From: Octopus vulgaris
Taxonomy: Eukaryota
Reading direction: 5' to 3'
NCBI GenBank assembly: GCA_951406725.2
Contig: OX597835.1
Location: 27,962,001-28,026,000, forward strand
Length of the DNA: 64,000 nucleotides
This document shows positions 26,613-38,691 of this stretch, piece by piece. The position numbers were made by a program, and so were the translations under genes. Numbering within the stretch: position 1 is the stretch's first letter; each line of letters begins with the position of its first letter. Below the pieces are notes generated by a model, which did no database searches, was not told the DNA's origin, and worked only from the letters and a program-made list of their open reading frames with translations.

Positions 26613-27456
26613 TCTATATATAAAAGAAAGGTTGTGTGTCTGTCTACTCCGATTTAGATTCCTAACTACTCCCACATTTTGCGATGCAGTTTAACCAAAA
26701 CCGGGTATCTTATAGTCGTGATTCATATCGAGCCCTTCTGGGTATTAGCGCGCGTCTACGATGAGTCTATGATTTTACAAATAATTTACCATCATTTTTT
26801 TCCATTTTAATGCATATTTTTAAAAATAAACGGAAGTAACTCTCAAACTTCACACCAATATGCGTGCTCATATGCGACGTAATATCACATCAGCAGCATT
26901 TCCTCACACCCTCCTTGCACTTGGCGAAGGCAAAATACCAGGGGATGAAAATGGTAATATTGCCATCGATTCCATTTGTACCATTGTTAAGACGCCTTCT
27001 GATCTCAGAGATGCAGTGTTCCCAGATTTACAAGCTAATTATCAGAATATGGATTGGATTGGCAAAAAGGCTATACTGGCCCCGAGGAATAAAACTGTTC
27101 ACCATATTAATGATGAAATGCTAAAACTCATTCCTGGGGAAGTCGATGTATATCAGTCTATCGATACAACTCCTGACCCAGAGGACGTCATCAACTATCC
27201 AATAGAGGTACTCAATTCCTTTGAGCACCCCGGACTACCACCACACTTTCTCAAACTTAAAGTTAGTGCCCCTATAATGCTCATCAGAAATTTGGTTCCC
27301 CCAAAACAATGCAATGGCACACGTTTGGCGTTAAGTCCTTATCTCCCACCGTAAGCTTATTTCAATATTTGCCTGAATAATCATCATAATTCAGTGCAAT
27401 CATTAACAGTACTTTCAAGCAATTCAGCCCCGAGCAACGCCGGGCAATTCTGCTAG
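26613..27456 (+). mobile_element. Internally deleted Helitron carrying a PIF1-like helicase fragment
   Basis: A|TCTATATATAAAA 5' end; hairpin gccccgagc-aac-gccgggc and CTAG|T 3' end. Confidence 0.9.
26860..27354 (+). pseudogene. Helitron RepHel PIF1-family helicase fragment
   Basis: LLALGEG...KAILAPRNKTVHHIN...NYPIEVLNSFEHPGLPPHFLKLKVSAPIMLIRNLVPPKQCNGTRL is typical of Helitron helicase C-terminal motifs; no Walker A/B or Rep domain. Confidence 0.9.
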
Positions 27457-27480
<24 letters not shown>

Positions 27481-27489
<9 letters not shown>

Positions 27490-27642
27490 GGGGGAGTTTA
27501 TGGGGTTACCCTGGGTTTCTCGTCCACAAGACCAGGGTCTTAGGCCAGCAGGTTTGGGGTCTGACAATACGCCATAAGGCCAAACCCCTTATGGATGAGA
27601 AATCCAGGGTAACACCATAAACCGGCCTCCCCCATTATAATA
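27481..27642. mobile_element. Short foldback relic containing a degenerate hammerhead-like motif
   Basis: Inverted arms 27481-27530 and 27588-27642. Confidence 0.6.
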
Positions 27643-27794
27643 TTAACTGCTCTACATCTTAGAGAGTGTGTCTTCTCCAGATTTATGTTTATCTACAAAC
27701 GATAGTTGTGGTGGGGGGCACATGGCCTAGTGGTTAGAGCCATGAACAGCGATAGTCACAAAGACTGACAGCAGATAATAATGATGCTGATAAT

Positions 27795-29530
27795 AATCCT
27801 TTCTACTATAGGCACAAGGCCTGAAATTGGGGGGGAGTCACACTGACCTCCCCAGTACACAGCTGGTATTTATTTTATTGACCCCAAAAGAAGAAAGACA
27901 AAGCTAACATCGGTGGGATTTAAGCTCAGAACGTAAAGACAGATGAAATACCTATTTCTTTACTACCCACAAGGGGATAAACACAGAGAGGACAAACAAG
28001 GACAGACAAAGGGATTAAGTCCATTATATTGACCCCAGTATGTAACTGGTACTTATTTAATCGACCCCGAAAGGATGAAAGGCAAAGTCAAACGCGGTGT
28101 AACTCTGAACGTAGCAACAGTAAAGATACCTTCTTTACTACCCACAAGGGGCAAAACACAGAGAGGACAAACGAGGACAGACAAACGGATTAAGTCGATT
28201 ATATCGACCCCAGTGCATAACTGGTACTTATTTAATCGACCCTGAAAGGATGAAAGGCAAAGTCAAACGCGGCGTAACTCTGAACGTAGCAACAGTAAAG
28301 ATACCTTCTTTACTACCCACAAGGGGCAAAACACAGAGAGGACAAATGAGGACAGACAAACGGATTAAGTCGATTATATCGACCCCAATGCATAACTGGT
28401 ATTTATTTCATCTACCCCAAAAGGATGAAAGGCAAAGTCAATCTCAGTGGAATTTGAACTCAGAACATAACAAGGGGCTAAACACAGAGAGGACAAACAA
28501 GGACAGACAAACGGATTAAGTCGATTATATCGACCCCAGTGCGTAACTGGTACTTATTTCATCGACCCCAAAAGGATGAAAGGCAAAGTCAACCTCAGTG
28601 GAATTTGAACTCAGAACGTAGTGGCAGATGAAATACTGCTAAGCATTTTTCCCAGCATGCTAATGATTCTGCCAGCTCGTCACCTAAATAATAATGCTAA
28701 TAACAATAATAATCTTTTCTACTATAGGCACAAGGCCTGAAATTGGGGGAAAGGGAAAGTTGGTCACATTGACCTCCCCAGTACACAGCTGGTATTTATT
28801 TTATCGACCCCAAAAGGATGAAAGGCAAAGCTAACCTCGACCGAATTTGAACTCAGAATGTAAAGACAGACAAAATACTGCTAAGCATTTTGCCCAGCAT
28901 GCTAACGATTCTGCCAGCTCACCGCCTTAATAATAATAATCTTTTCTACTATTGACACAAGGCCTGAAATCTGGGGGGTGGGGCTAGTTGATTGCATTGA
29001 CCCCAGTACTCAACTGGTACTTTTTTTTATCAACCACAAAAGATGAAAGGCAAAGTCAACCTTAGTGGAATAATAATATTAACAATATTCCTTTCTACTA
29101 TAGGCACAAGGCCTGAAATTTGGTGGAGGGCGGGGAGACGAGTCAATTACATCGATCCCAGTGTTTCACTGGTACTTAATTTATCAACCCCAAAAGGCAA
29201 AGTTGACTACAGCAGCATTTGAACTCAGAATCTTAAGTTAGATGAAATGCTGCTAAGTACTGTATCTGGCATGGTAACCATTCTGCCAGCTAGCTGCCTT
29301 AATAATGATAATCATAATTTCAAATTTTAGCACAAGGCCAGCAATTTTGGGGAGGGGGTAAGTTGATTACATCAAACCCAGTACTCAACTGGTACTTAAT
29401 TTATCGACCCGGAAAGGATGAAAAACAAAATCGACCTCAGCATAATTTGAACTCAGAACGTGAAGTCGGATGAAATATCGCTAAGCATTTCACCCGATAT
29501 GCTAATGATTCTGCCAGCTCGCCACCTTAT
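27795..29530 (-). mobile_element. Head-to-tail array of about 9-10 SINE family B units
   Basis: Repeated ctggtactta.tt.atcgacccc.aaaggatgaaaggcaaagtc core, all on the same strand; (AAT)n spacers. Confidence 0.9.
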
Positions 29531-31549
29531 TATTATTATTATTGATAATAATAATAATCATAATGGTAATAACAAGCATACATAGATACTCTCTAAGCCC
29601 TCTCACCTTTAACCCAGCAAAAAGATATCTTGGACGAGTCAGGTGGTACTCTAGTACCATCCAAGCTGATACAGCTAGTCCTGGTATTGACTAAGAAGAC
29701 CTATACGCCAAGGAAACCGGCCCTTATGAGCCAAGCATGGTTTGGGAAGGAACAAACATATATGGGTTGGACAATCCATGCCTGTGTGGAAAGCAGATGT
29801 TAGAGTCCCATGAAAGGAAGTGTCTTGCTCAAGGACACAGCATGTATGCTACTTGCTTCAGGAATCGAACCCATGGTTTCATGACCATGAGCCCAACATC
29901 CTAACCACAAGGCCACACCCCTCCACAAGTTGAGCAAGAGCATGTATTCAAATTAATGTACTTTGTTGTAGAAACAAATATACATCAGAAAGAAAATTGC
30001 CAATCAATAGATTCCAATCACAACATAATCAAAGTCAGGCTTTGTTTTGTTTAGTTTTATTTTTTTTTTTTGCTTTTGTTTTTGTATTTTGTACTTTTTT
30101 TTTCCCAAAAATTATAATTATTCACACAACTGAATAATTGACAAATTGAGAAGATATTAAAGAATAATATACAAACGAGTTGAAGAGAAAGGTAGGAGAG
30201 AGGGAGACAGAGAAAAAAGGGAGAGAGTGGAAGAGGGAGGGAGAGTGAGAGAGGGAGACAGAGAAAAAATGGAGATAGTGAAAGAGGGAGGGAGAGTGAG
30301 AGAGGGAAAAGAAAACCCCTTGTTCTATCTTCTGATTATAACAAAAATAGGTTATTCAAACGCTTACATGTGTATCAGCACCAATGCTGCTATTTTAGCA
30401 AAATAAAGAATTGGTTTCTAAGCAAGTCACCCTTTATTTTTTTCGTGTATGCCTTTCAAGACAATAAAAGACACGTTGCTTTTTAATTCCTTCAACAAAG
30501 GACCCCTCCGAAAAAAAAACAAAAACAAAACAATAAAAAAAATATTTTAAAAAAAACAAACAAAAAGAGAAGCATTCTGCTACCATGTTTTTCTTTTTGT
30601 TTTTTTGTTGTTTTTTTAAAGTTAGAAATGTCAGATCTCTGCTTTTATATGCAATAATTAGCAACTATTTTTGTGTAATATTTCACATCAATAGGCTCGT
30701 TTTTTATTTTACAAAACGAAAGAAGAAACGCAAAAAAAAAAAAAAATTTAAAAAAAAAGAAGTCCCGGAGTTGTACATGTTTGACAAGTGATTTGATCCG
30801 AGGCAGTGTGTTGTGGAAACTGAAACAATGGTATTTTAGAAAAAGTCATTTTAGCAATTTAAGAACATGCACCAAAGAAGCAACAATGAAAACGAAACTG
30901 TGTTACGTTAACTTCCCATTTCTTTCTTAACAGTGCAGTCAGTCTGCTGTACAGTATGCAATGAAAATGTCTCAGCTGAAATGCTTTGGTGCACTTTTGC
31001 GACCTGGTCACTGATACAAATCAATAACAACTGATCGTTTTATTATTAGAAATAAAAAAAATTCAGATTTAGTTTAAACCTTCGGCGTTTAAACCCGCTA
31101 TATCTGGCCAAAATATTACAGCTGTTTTATGTTAAAACTTGACAGATCCAGCCTCTCACACCAACCCTGCAATGTCTTTCTAAAAATTGCTTCCAACCAC
31201 ATGATTCTGGGTTCAGTCCCACAGCGTGCCAGCTTGAGCAAGCATCTTCTACTATAGCCTCATGCCAAACAAAGCCTTGTGAGTGGATTTGGTAGACAGA
31301 AACTGAAAGAAGCCCATTGTGTATGTGTGTGTATATATATATATATATATACTTCTTTATTGCCCACAGGGGGCTGAACGTAGAGGGGACAAACGAGGAC
31401 AGACAAAGGGATTAAGTCGATTACATTGGCCCCAGTGCGTAACTGGTACTTATTTAATTGACCCTGAAAGGATGAAAATCAAAGTCAACCTTGGTGGAAT
31501 TTGAACTCAGAACATAACGGCACACTAGCGATTTTACTAGCTCACCACC

Positions 31550-31596
<47 letters not shown>

Positions 31597-31869
31597 TGTG
31601 CGTGCATGTATGTGTGTATGTGTGTGTGTGTGTATGTGTATAATTATTATATTTGAAAACAGAGAGAACTAATGGATACAAATAAATTTGTATCCATTAG
31701 ATCTCTCCATTTTCAAACTTAACAATAATACTTGATAGTCTATGATATTTCATATAATATATTCATTCAAGAAATATCTCTTCAAAATATCGTATATTAA
31801 ACCAGTGTGTTTTGGATAAAGATATCCCCATAAGAAGTCTAAATATCCTCATAGAGACTATATAAATAT

Positions 31870-32183
31870 ATCATCGTGATCACCATGGCCGACCAGGCTA
31901 TCAGATGTTGCTACACATCGCTGGTCACAATGCGCTTCACATTGTTTTAGCCTTCAAATGATGCCACCCCGCTGGCTAAGCGAGTAGGCCAACAGAAGAA
32001 GAAAGAGTGAGAGAAAGTTGTGGTGGAAGAGTACAGCAGGGATCACCACCACCCCCTGCCGAAGCCTCGTGAAGCTTTAGGTGTTTTCGCTCATTAAACA
32101 CTCACAACGCCTGGTCTGGGAATCGAAACCGTGATCCTACGACCGCGAGTCCACTGCCCTAACCACTGGGCCATTGCGCCTCC
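31870..32183 (-). mobile_element. SINE family D
   Basis: Reverse complement of ggaggcgcaatggcccagtggttagggc...ggtttcgattcccagacc. Confidence 0.85.
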
Positions 32184-32679
32184 ACATATATATATATATA
32201 TATACACTTATGTGTGTCTGTGTTTGTCCCCACATCACCTCTTGACAACCAGTGTTGGTGTGTTTACTTCCCCATAACTTAGCGGTTGAGCAAAACAGAC
32301 AAATAGAATAAGTACTAGGCTTGAAAAACAATAATCCTGGGGTTGATTTGTTTGACTAAAATCCCTTAAGGCGGTGCAAGAAGCATGGCCACAGTCAAAT
32401 GACTGAAACAAGTGAAATGAGTTATCACATAATTGAAATCTCAAAGCTACAAGATAATATGTGATTAATTCAAAACAATGTGAATAAAAAGGTATTACAT
32501 TTGGCAAAATAACCCGAATGCTAAAGGCTAGAACTAACCATATCAAACCCAGATATTCTAATAGTTTTATGTTCAAACCAGACACATCTGACCTCTCACA
32601 CTGACCTGATAATGTCGCTCTATTAATAGTCAGATCATTGAAATCTCAACACTATAAGAGAATGCAAGATTAATTCAAC

Positions 32680-33533
32680 CGAGACCTTTGGAAATATGCT
32701 GTGCGTGAGAAGACCCGGCAGGACAAGTGAGACCATAACCCGTGGCCTTTACCTGGGATGTAGCCATTGGACACAAAACTCTGCTTGCAAAGACCTGTTG
32801 AGGCAAGTGAAATCGAATATTGATCAAAAACCAATGGAAATTGTAGTTGTGATACCAGTGCTGGTGGCATGTAAAAAGCACCATCCAAATGTGGCTGCTG
32901 CCAGTGCCGCCACGACTAGCTTCCGTGCTGGTGGTACGTAAAAAGCACCATCCGAATGTGGCCGTTGCCAGCCTCGCCTGGCACCTGTGCAGTTGGCAAG
33001 TAAAAAGCACCCACTACACTCACGGAGAGGTTGGCGTTAGGAAGGGCATCCAGCTGTAGAAACACTGCCAGATCAGACTAGAGCCTAGTGCAGCCTCCTG
33101 GCTTCCCAGACCTCGGTCGAACCGTCCAACTCAGCTAGTATGGAAAACGGACGTTAAACGATGATGATGTGAATAAATAAACATTACATTTGACAGATAT
33201 CTGAATACTAAAGGGTTACAAGAACACGTGAGAATAGAAAACAACAGAGCATCAGACAGAATCCCTTGTGATATTTGTTCCTTCAATCTGAAGGGAGTTG
33301 CTCTTTTTGGTGATTGGAGACTAAAATGGAGTAAATTAAACTTTGCATTGTTCAGACAGCCGTCAAGGACGTGGCTGTTCGGGTAAGAAGCTTGCTTCCC
33401 AACCATATGGTCTTGGGTTCAGTCCTACTACACAGTACCTAAAGCAAGTGTCTTCTACCAAAAATCCCAGACTGCCCAAAGCCTTATGAGTGGATTTGGC
33501 AGACAGAAACTAAAAGAATCACATCGTTTGTGT

Positions 33534-33588
<55 letters not shown>

Positions 33589-34340
33589 CATGCATTTCTT
33601 TGTGTTATGTTTGTTCCCTTTGCCACTGCTTGACAACTGGTGTTGGTTTGGTTACATCCCCACAACTTAGCAGTTCAGCAAAAGAGACCAACAGAATAAG
33701 GACTAGGGGGTTCATTTGCTTGACTAAGCCCTTCAAGACAGTGCCCCAGCCTGGCCACCTTCCAGTGGCTGAAATGACTAAAAGATAAGAGATCTGCTTG
33801 GTTAGAGGCCAACCCGGGTTAAACCTCAACAAGAATGACAGCAACAACACATAAATAATTAAAATCTAATTAAATATTAATTGATACTTCAAGGTGTAGA
33901 TGCAAGTTTGTCTCCCAACCACATGGTTCTGAGATCAGTCCCACTGCGTGGCACCTTAAGAAAGTATTTTCTACTATAGTCCTGGACCAACCAAAGCCTT
34001 GTGAGTGGATTTGGTAGACAGAACCTGAAAGAAACCAGTCATAAACATGTGTGTGAGTGCATGTGTGTGTGGGGTGTATGTATATGTGCGTGTGTGTGTG
34101 TGTTTGTGTGTGTGTGTGTCCCACTACCACTTGACAACCAGTGTTGGGGTGTTTACATCATCCCTGTAACTTAGCAGTTTGGCAAAAGACACCAATAAAA
34201 TAAGTACCAGGTTTTAAAACTAAGCAAAAGAAAAAATGGAAATAAGTACCCAGGTTGATTTGTCCAGCTAAAGTTCTACGAGGTGGTGCCCCAGCATGGC
34301 CACAGTCTAATGACTGAAACAAGGGAATAATTGAAAGATA
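32680..34340 (+). mobile_element. Cluster: family C (32680-33170), SINE A (33365-33790), SINE A (33895-34340)
   Basis: Matches to other copies in the window. Confidence 0.8.
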
Positions 34341-35237
34341 AAAAAATCTGAAGTGTTTTAAGAAATCATTTGGAAGTCAATTTCTCTTAAAACAGCTAAT
34401 AGGAAAATCTACATCAAAATTGGAAAACTAAAAAAAAAGAAAAAAAATTAAAAAAAAAAAACACAGAATAAAACAACAGCTAAGTTTCATTTTCACAATT
34501 GCAAGAGACCAGAATCATGTTTTGCCATGTATAATTAAATGAACCTTAACCAGTAGAACCCCCACCCAGCTCTTCTACCGCTTAATTTTCCAGTTATTAG
34601 CTCAAGAATATTGGGAGAAGTGTTTTCCAAAATAACCATTTATTACATTTATTATATAATATGATCCAAAAATGAGGCTGTTTATCAGCACACATTTTAC
34701 ATTTTACAAGATGGCCAGCATGTTTACTGCATTGTTAAATACTTATAACACCACGAAAATAATCTTTGGAAAAAAAATAAAATAAAACAAGACCAGGTTT
34801 CACATTTAACTTTGTAATTAGAAAAGAATGTTTCGATAATCAGAAAACGAAACCTAACACGAGTTTGCAACGAAGTCTGCTTTGCTAAGTGCCATGATTA
34901 ATGCTTGTTTCATTTTCGCTTTTGCATCGTCTATTTCTCCATGCTAGGATTGCGTTGTCACTGCCATCGCCGTCATCATCATCATCATTTATAGCTCATT
35001 TTTCTCTGTTGGCATGGGTTGAAGAGTTTTACAGGATCCAATCCAAGTCGAAGGGCTGCACCAACCCTGTGTCAATTTTGCCTTGTTCTCTGTGGTTGAA
35101 CGCTCTTCATAACACCAACCACCTTACAACATGTACAGGGTGGGGTTTTTTGTACCCCCAGCACTTGTAAGGTGATCCAGATATTATTGTATTCAATAAA
35201 AGAGGAAAGACTTATGCTGTAACTCTACAGCAGCCAT

Positions 35238-35800
35238 ATTCCTACTGCTCTGTGTCATGCTGGTGAGACCCATATTGGAGTATGGGATTCAAGCCTCTTC
35301 CCCTTATCTCCTCAAAGACATACATCATCTTGAAAGAGTCCAGAAGCTGGCTACCCACATGGTTCTTGGTCTCAAGCATTTGTCTTATGAAGAAAGGCTG
35401 AAGACGCTCGACCTTTATTCTCTCGAAAAACAACGACGCCGTGGTGATCTCATTCTCACTCACAACATCATAAGCAGAAAGTGTAGCCTCTCAAAAGAGC
35501 TGTTCTTCACTCCTGCTCCAGAACGTGGGCTGCGGGGTCACTACGAAAAGCTCTATCTATGACGATTTCATCTCAATCGAAGGAGAGGGGCTTTCTCCAT
35601 CCGGGTTGCAGATTCATGGAATAAGCTGCCGGACAAGATAGTGAAGATGCCGACGACCGCTTGGTTCAAAGTCTCTCTTGACCAGAAATGGCCTGAACTC
35701 TTTGTATGACCACCCTCCCTGTACATAACTCCCTGTCCCCCTACATGGCCTTGCTTTTGCTTCTTGAGTCAATAAAAATTGAATTGAATTGAATTGAATT
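35238..35800 (+). mobile_element. CR1-clade LINE, 5'-truncated
   Basis: LVRPILEYG..A.SPYL.KDI..LERVQKLAT..V.GL..LSYEERL..LDLYSLE..R.RGDLI...LRGH..KL...FSIRV...WNKLP; 3' AATAAA plus (AATTG)n tail. Confidence 0.92.
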
Positions 35801-36419
35801 ATACTGTTTGTCAAGTTTTGTACTTTGCTTATTTCATAACCACCAGCAGAGGAACAAGGATCAAATAGCCGCAAACTGCAAGCTTCTATCTCACCATAGC
35901 GGAAGCACAACCAACAGCTGAACATATGAGAAGGGGTAACAACATCAACCATGATTCTATAGCAATGAAATCAATTGTGTGTCCCCATTTATTTTAATCG
36001 TGATATATCATCATCATCATCGTTTAACATCCGTTTTCCATGCTAGCATGGATTGGACAGTTCGACTGGGGTCTGGGAAGCCAGAACGCTGCACCAGGCT
36101 CCAGTCTGATCTGGCAGTGTTTCTACAGATGGACGCCCTTCCTAACGCCAACCACTCCATGAGTGTAGTGTGTGCTTTTTACGTGCCAAGCGAGGCTGGC
36201 AATGGCCCGATCGGTTGGTGCTTTTTACGTACTACTGGCACAGAAGCCAGTCAGGGTGGCACTGGCATCGGCCACGTTCGGATGGTGCTTTTTAATATAT
36301 ATAAGGGAAAAAATGGACAAGTCCACATAAAACTTATACATGCCATGCAACTGGCAGTTTTTAATTATTTAAACAAATATACAGCATTTCTTATATATTC
36401 ATTTGTTATATTCTTCTAT

Positions 36420-36912
36420 TTATTTTGTTTCAGTCATTTGACTGCAGCCATGCTGGAGCACCACAGGACTTATTCTTTGTAAGCCTAGTACTTATTTTAT
36501 CAGTGTCTTGCTGAACCGCTAAGTTACGGGGACGTAAACACACCAGCATCAGTTGTCAAGCAATGTTGGGGGGACAAACACACATGCACAAACATACAAA
36601 CATATATATCTAGTGGTTAGGATTCCTGGCTTTCACCCAGGCGGCCCGGGTTCAATTCCCGGCATAGGAACGTATTTTAAATGGTGGTGCCCCAGCATGG
36701 CCACAGCTCGTGAGCTGAAACTAGATAAAATAAAAAAAAAAATATATATATACGACAGGCTTCTTTCAGTTTTCATATACCAAATCTACTGAAGGTTTTG
36801 GTTGGCCCAAGGCTATAGAAGAAGACATTTGCCCAAGGTGCCATGCAGTGGGACTGAACCTGAAACCATGTGGTTGGTAAGCAAGCTACTTACCACAGCC
36901 AGTCCTGCACCT
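36420..36912 (-). mobile_element. SINE family A carrying a tRNA-Glu chimera in its microsatellite
   Basis: A-family segments on both sides of 36609-36742. Confidence 0.85.
36609..36670 (+). pseudogene. tRNA-Glu(TTC) copy lacking about the first 10 nt
   Basis: tctagtggttaggatt-cctgg-ctTTCac-ccagg-cggc-ccggg-ttcaatt-cccgg-cataggaa: intact anticodon and T arms, matches the metazoan tRNA-Glu pattern; 5' acceptor strand missing. Confidence 0.88.
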
Positions 36913-36921
36913 AAAAAGTTG

Positions 36922-37032
36922 AATGCTTACAGCGTCTAGGTTTCCCAAGCGGTCACCCATCTAAGTACTGACTAGGCTCGACGTTGCTTAACATCGGTGA
37001 TCGGACGAGAACCAGTGCTTTCAACGTGATAT
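36922..37032 (-). rRNA. 5S rRNA copy, 5'-truncated by about 10 nt (probable pseudogene)
   Basis: Minus strand atatcacgttgaaagcactggttctcgtccgatcaccgatgttaagcaacgtcgagcctagtcagtacttagatgggtgaccgcttgggaaacctagacgctgtaagcatt, followed by caacttttt. Confidence 0.92.
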
Positions 37033-37206
37033 CCATTTGTTTTATATTTATTACATATTCATAATATATTCATTAGTTATATCTTTATTATATATTCATA
37101 ATATATTCAATAATAAATCTTAGAGCAAGTTATAAGCAGTAGCTGCAACACATCGTGACGTATATTTGCCATTTAAATATGGCTAACCCCTAAGGGTGGA
37201 TGCTAC

Positions 37207-37502
37207 TGTAGCTTGTAGCCTCAGGAGGACACCTCCTCCAGCTGGCTATAGACACACTTTCTGTGCCCTATCAGTATTTGCAAAGGGAAGCCATCCTTCC
37301 CGTATTTGTGAAGGGAACCTACTTCTCATCGGCAACTGTGATTGTCACACGCCGATGACGGGTCAATACCCAGAAACTCGAGTCCGTGTGTATCATAAGT
37401 TGAAGACGGGAAGGATGGCTTCCCTTTGCAAATACTGATAGGGCACAGAAAGTATGTCAATAGCCAGCTGGAGGAGGTGTCCTCCGGGGGCTACAAACTA
37501 CA
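37207..37502. mobile_element. Inverted-repeat relic (97-bp arms), Penelope-like
   Basis: Arms 37207-37303 and 37406-37502 enclosing a hammerhead motif. Confidence 0.7.
37346..37390 (+). ncRNA. Minimal type I hammerhead ribozyme-like motif
   Basis: cacacg-CCGATGA-c-gggt-caat-accc-a-GAAA-c-tcga-g-TC-cgtgtg. Confidence 0.7.
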
Positions 37503-37559
37503 TAATATATTCATTTGTTATATATTCATTCAAAAACACTGTTTTTGTTTATTTGAAAG

Positions 37560-37770
37560 ATAGGTGAGGAACAAAGATCATGAGAAAATTATGGAACACC
37601 AAGACCTAAAATAACAACTTCGAAGAATGTAAAATTGCCTTAAAGTTGTTATTATTCCAATTGCAATAGAAGCCTCAGCCCATTTGCAGCAGAAATTGGA
37701 TGTATCCACTCAAAATTTCATTATCCTTAACTGCAGAAAGCAGTTTCGTACATCACTGTATCTTTTAGTG
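37560..37770 (+). mobile_element. Decayed RLE-type (R4/R2-like) LINE C-terminal fragment
   Basis: KDHEKIMEHQDLK*QLRRM*NCLKVVIIPIAIEA...LQKAV resembles the EK..KY.DL...VIP....A...LQKA end of RLE LINEs. Confidence 0.55.
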
Positions 37771-38285
37771 AAGAATGTCATGTTTGAAATTATTTTCTGT
37801 TGAGATATGTCAAGTTTATTGAGACAATGTCACTCACAGAAAATACTAATTCTATTTTTTGGTAGATAGATAACATTATTCCTGGAATAACTATGAAATT
37901 TAATTTTACAGTGAAAGGTTCTAGGACAGTTGGTAAGAAATCTAACAAGTTGGTTAAAAATGTTGGATATTGAAGTGGATTTTTGTTTTTTCTGATTCTA
38001 GTTTGCTTGTCAAAGCAAGGATTATATAACAAAGGTGCTGGATAAGTAAAGTTTGTGGGCTGAGATCAAGCAGTCCAATACCAGCACGACAACAAAATGC
38101 TGAGTGGACAAAAGGAATAATAATAATAATACCAATAAAAATAATAATGATGATGATGATGATTTCTTTTATTTGCTACTAGGGTGAAGAATGAGGGGAA
38201 GAATACAAGGACAGGCATAAAGTGTTGGGGTTTACATATAATGAAATGATAAAATGGTGACAATTTACCCATCGCACACTGTATT

Positions 38286-38489
38286 ACTCTTTACTCTTTT
38301 ACTTGTTTCAGTCATTTGACTGCGGCCATGCTGGAGCACCGCCTTTAGTTGAGCAACTCGACCCTGGGTCTTATTCTTTTTCTAAGCCCAGTACTTATTC
38401 TATCGGTCTCTTTTTGCCGAGCCGCTAGGTGACAGGGACGTAAACACACCAGCATCGGTTGTCAAGCAATGCTAGGGGAACAAACATAG

Positions 38490-38520
<31 letters not shown>

Positions 38521-38691
38521 CATATATACGACAGGCTTCTTTCAGTTTCCGTCTACCAAATCCACTCACAAGGCATTGGTCGGCCCGGGGCTATAGCAGA
38601 AGACACTTGCCCAAGATGCCCCGCAGTGGGACTGAACCCGGAACCATGTGGTTGGTTAGCAAGCTACTTACCACACAGCCAATCCTGCGCC
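38286..38691 (-). mobile_element. SINE family A
   Basis: Full-length match. Confidence 0.9.

Noticed and set aside
26860-27354. Host PIF1 gene
   Set aside because: Intronless fragment bounded by Helitron termini and lacking the ATPase motifs
25348-30389. Other short minus-strand AG...GTAAG intervals (17 nt near 25348; 19/22 nt near 30368)
   Set aside because: Not frame-preserving, with weaker acceptors
36609-37032. Functional tRNA and 5S genes
   Set aside because: Both lack their 5' ends and are embedded in repeats; treated as pseudogenes
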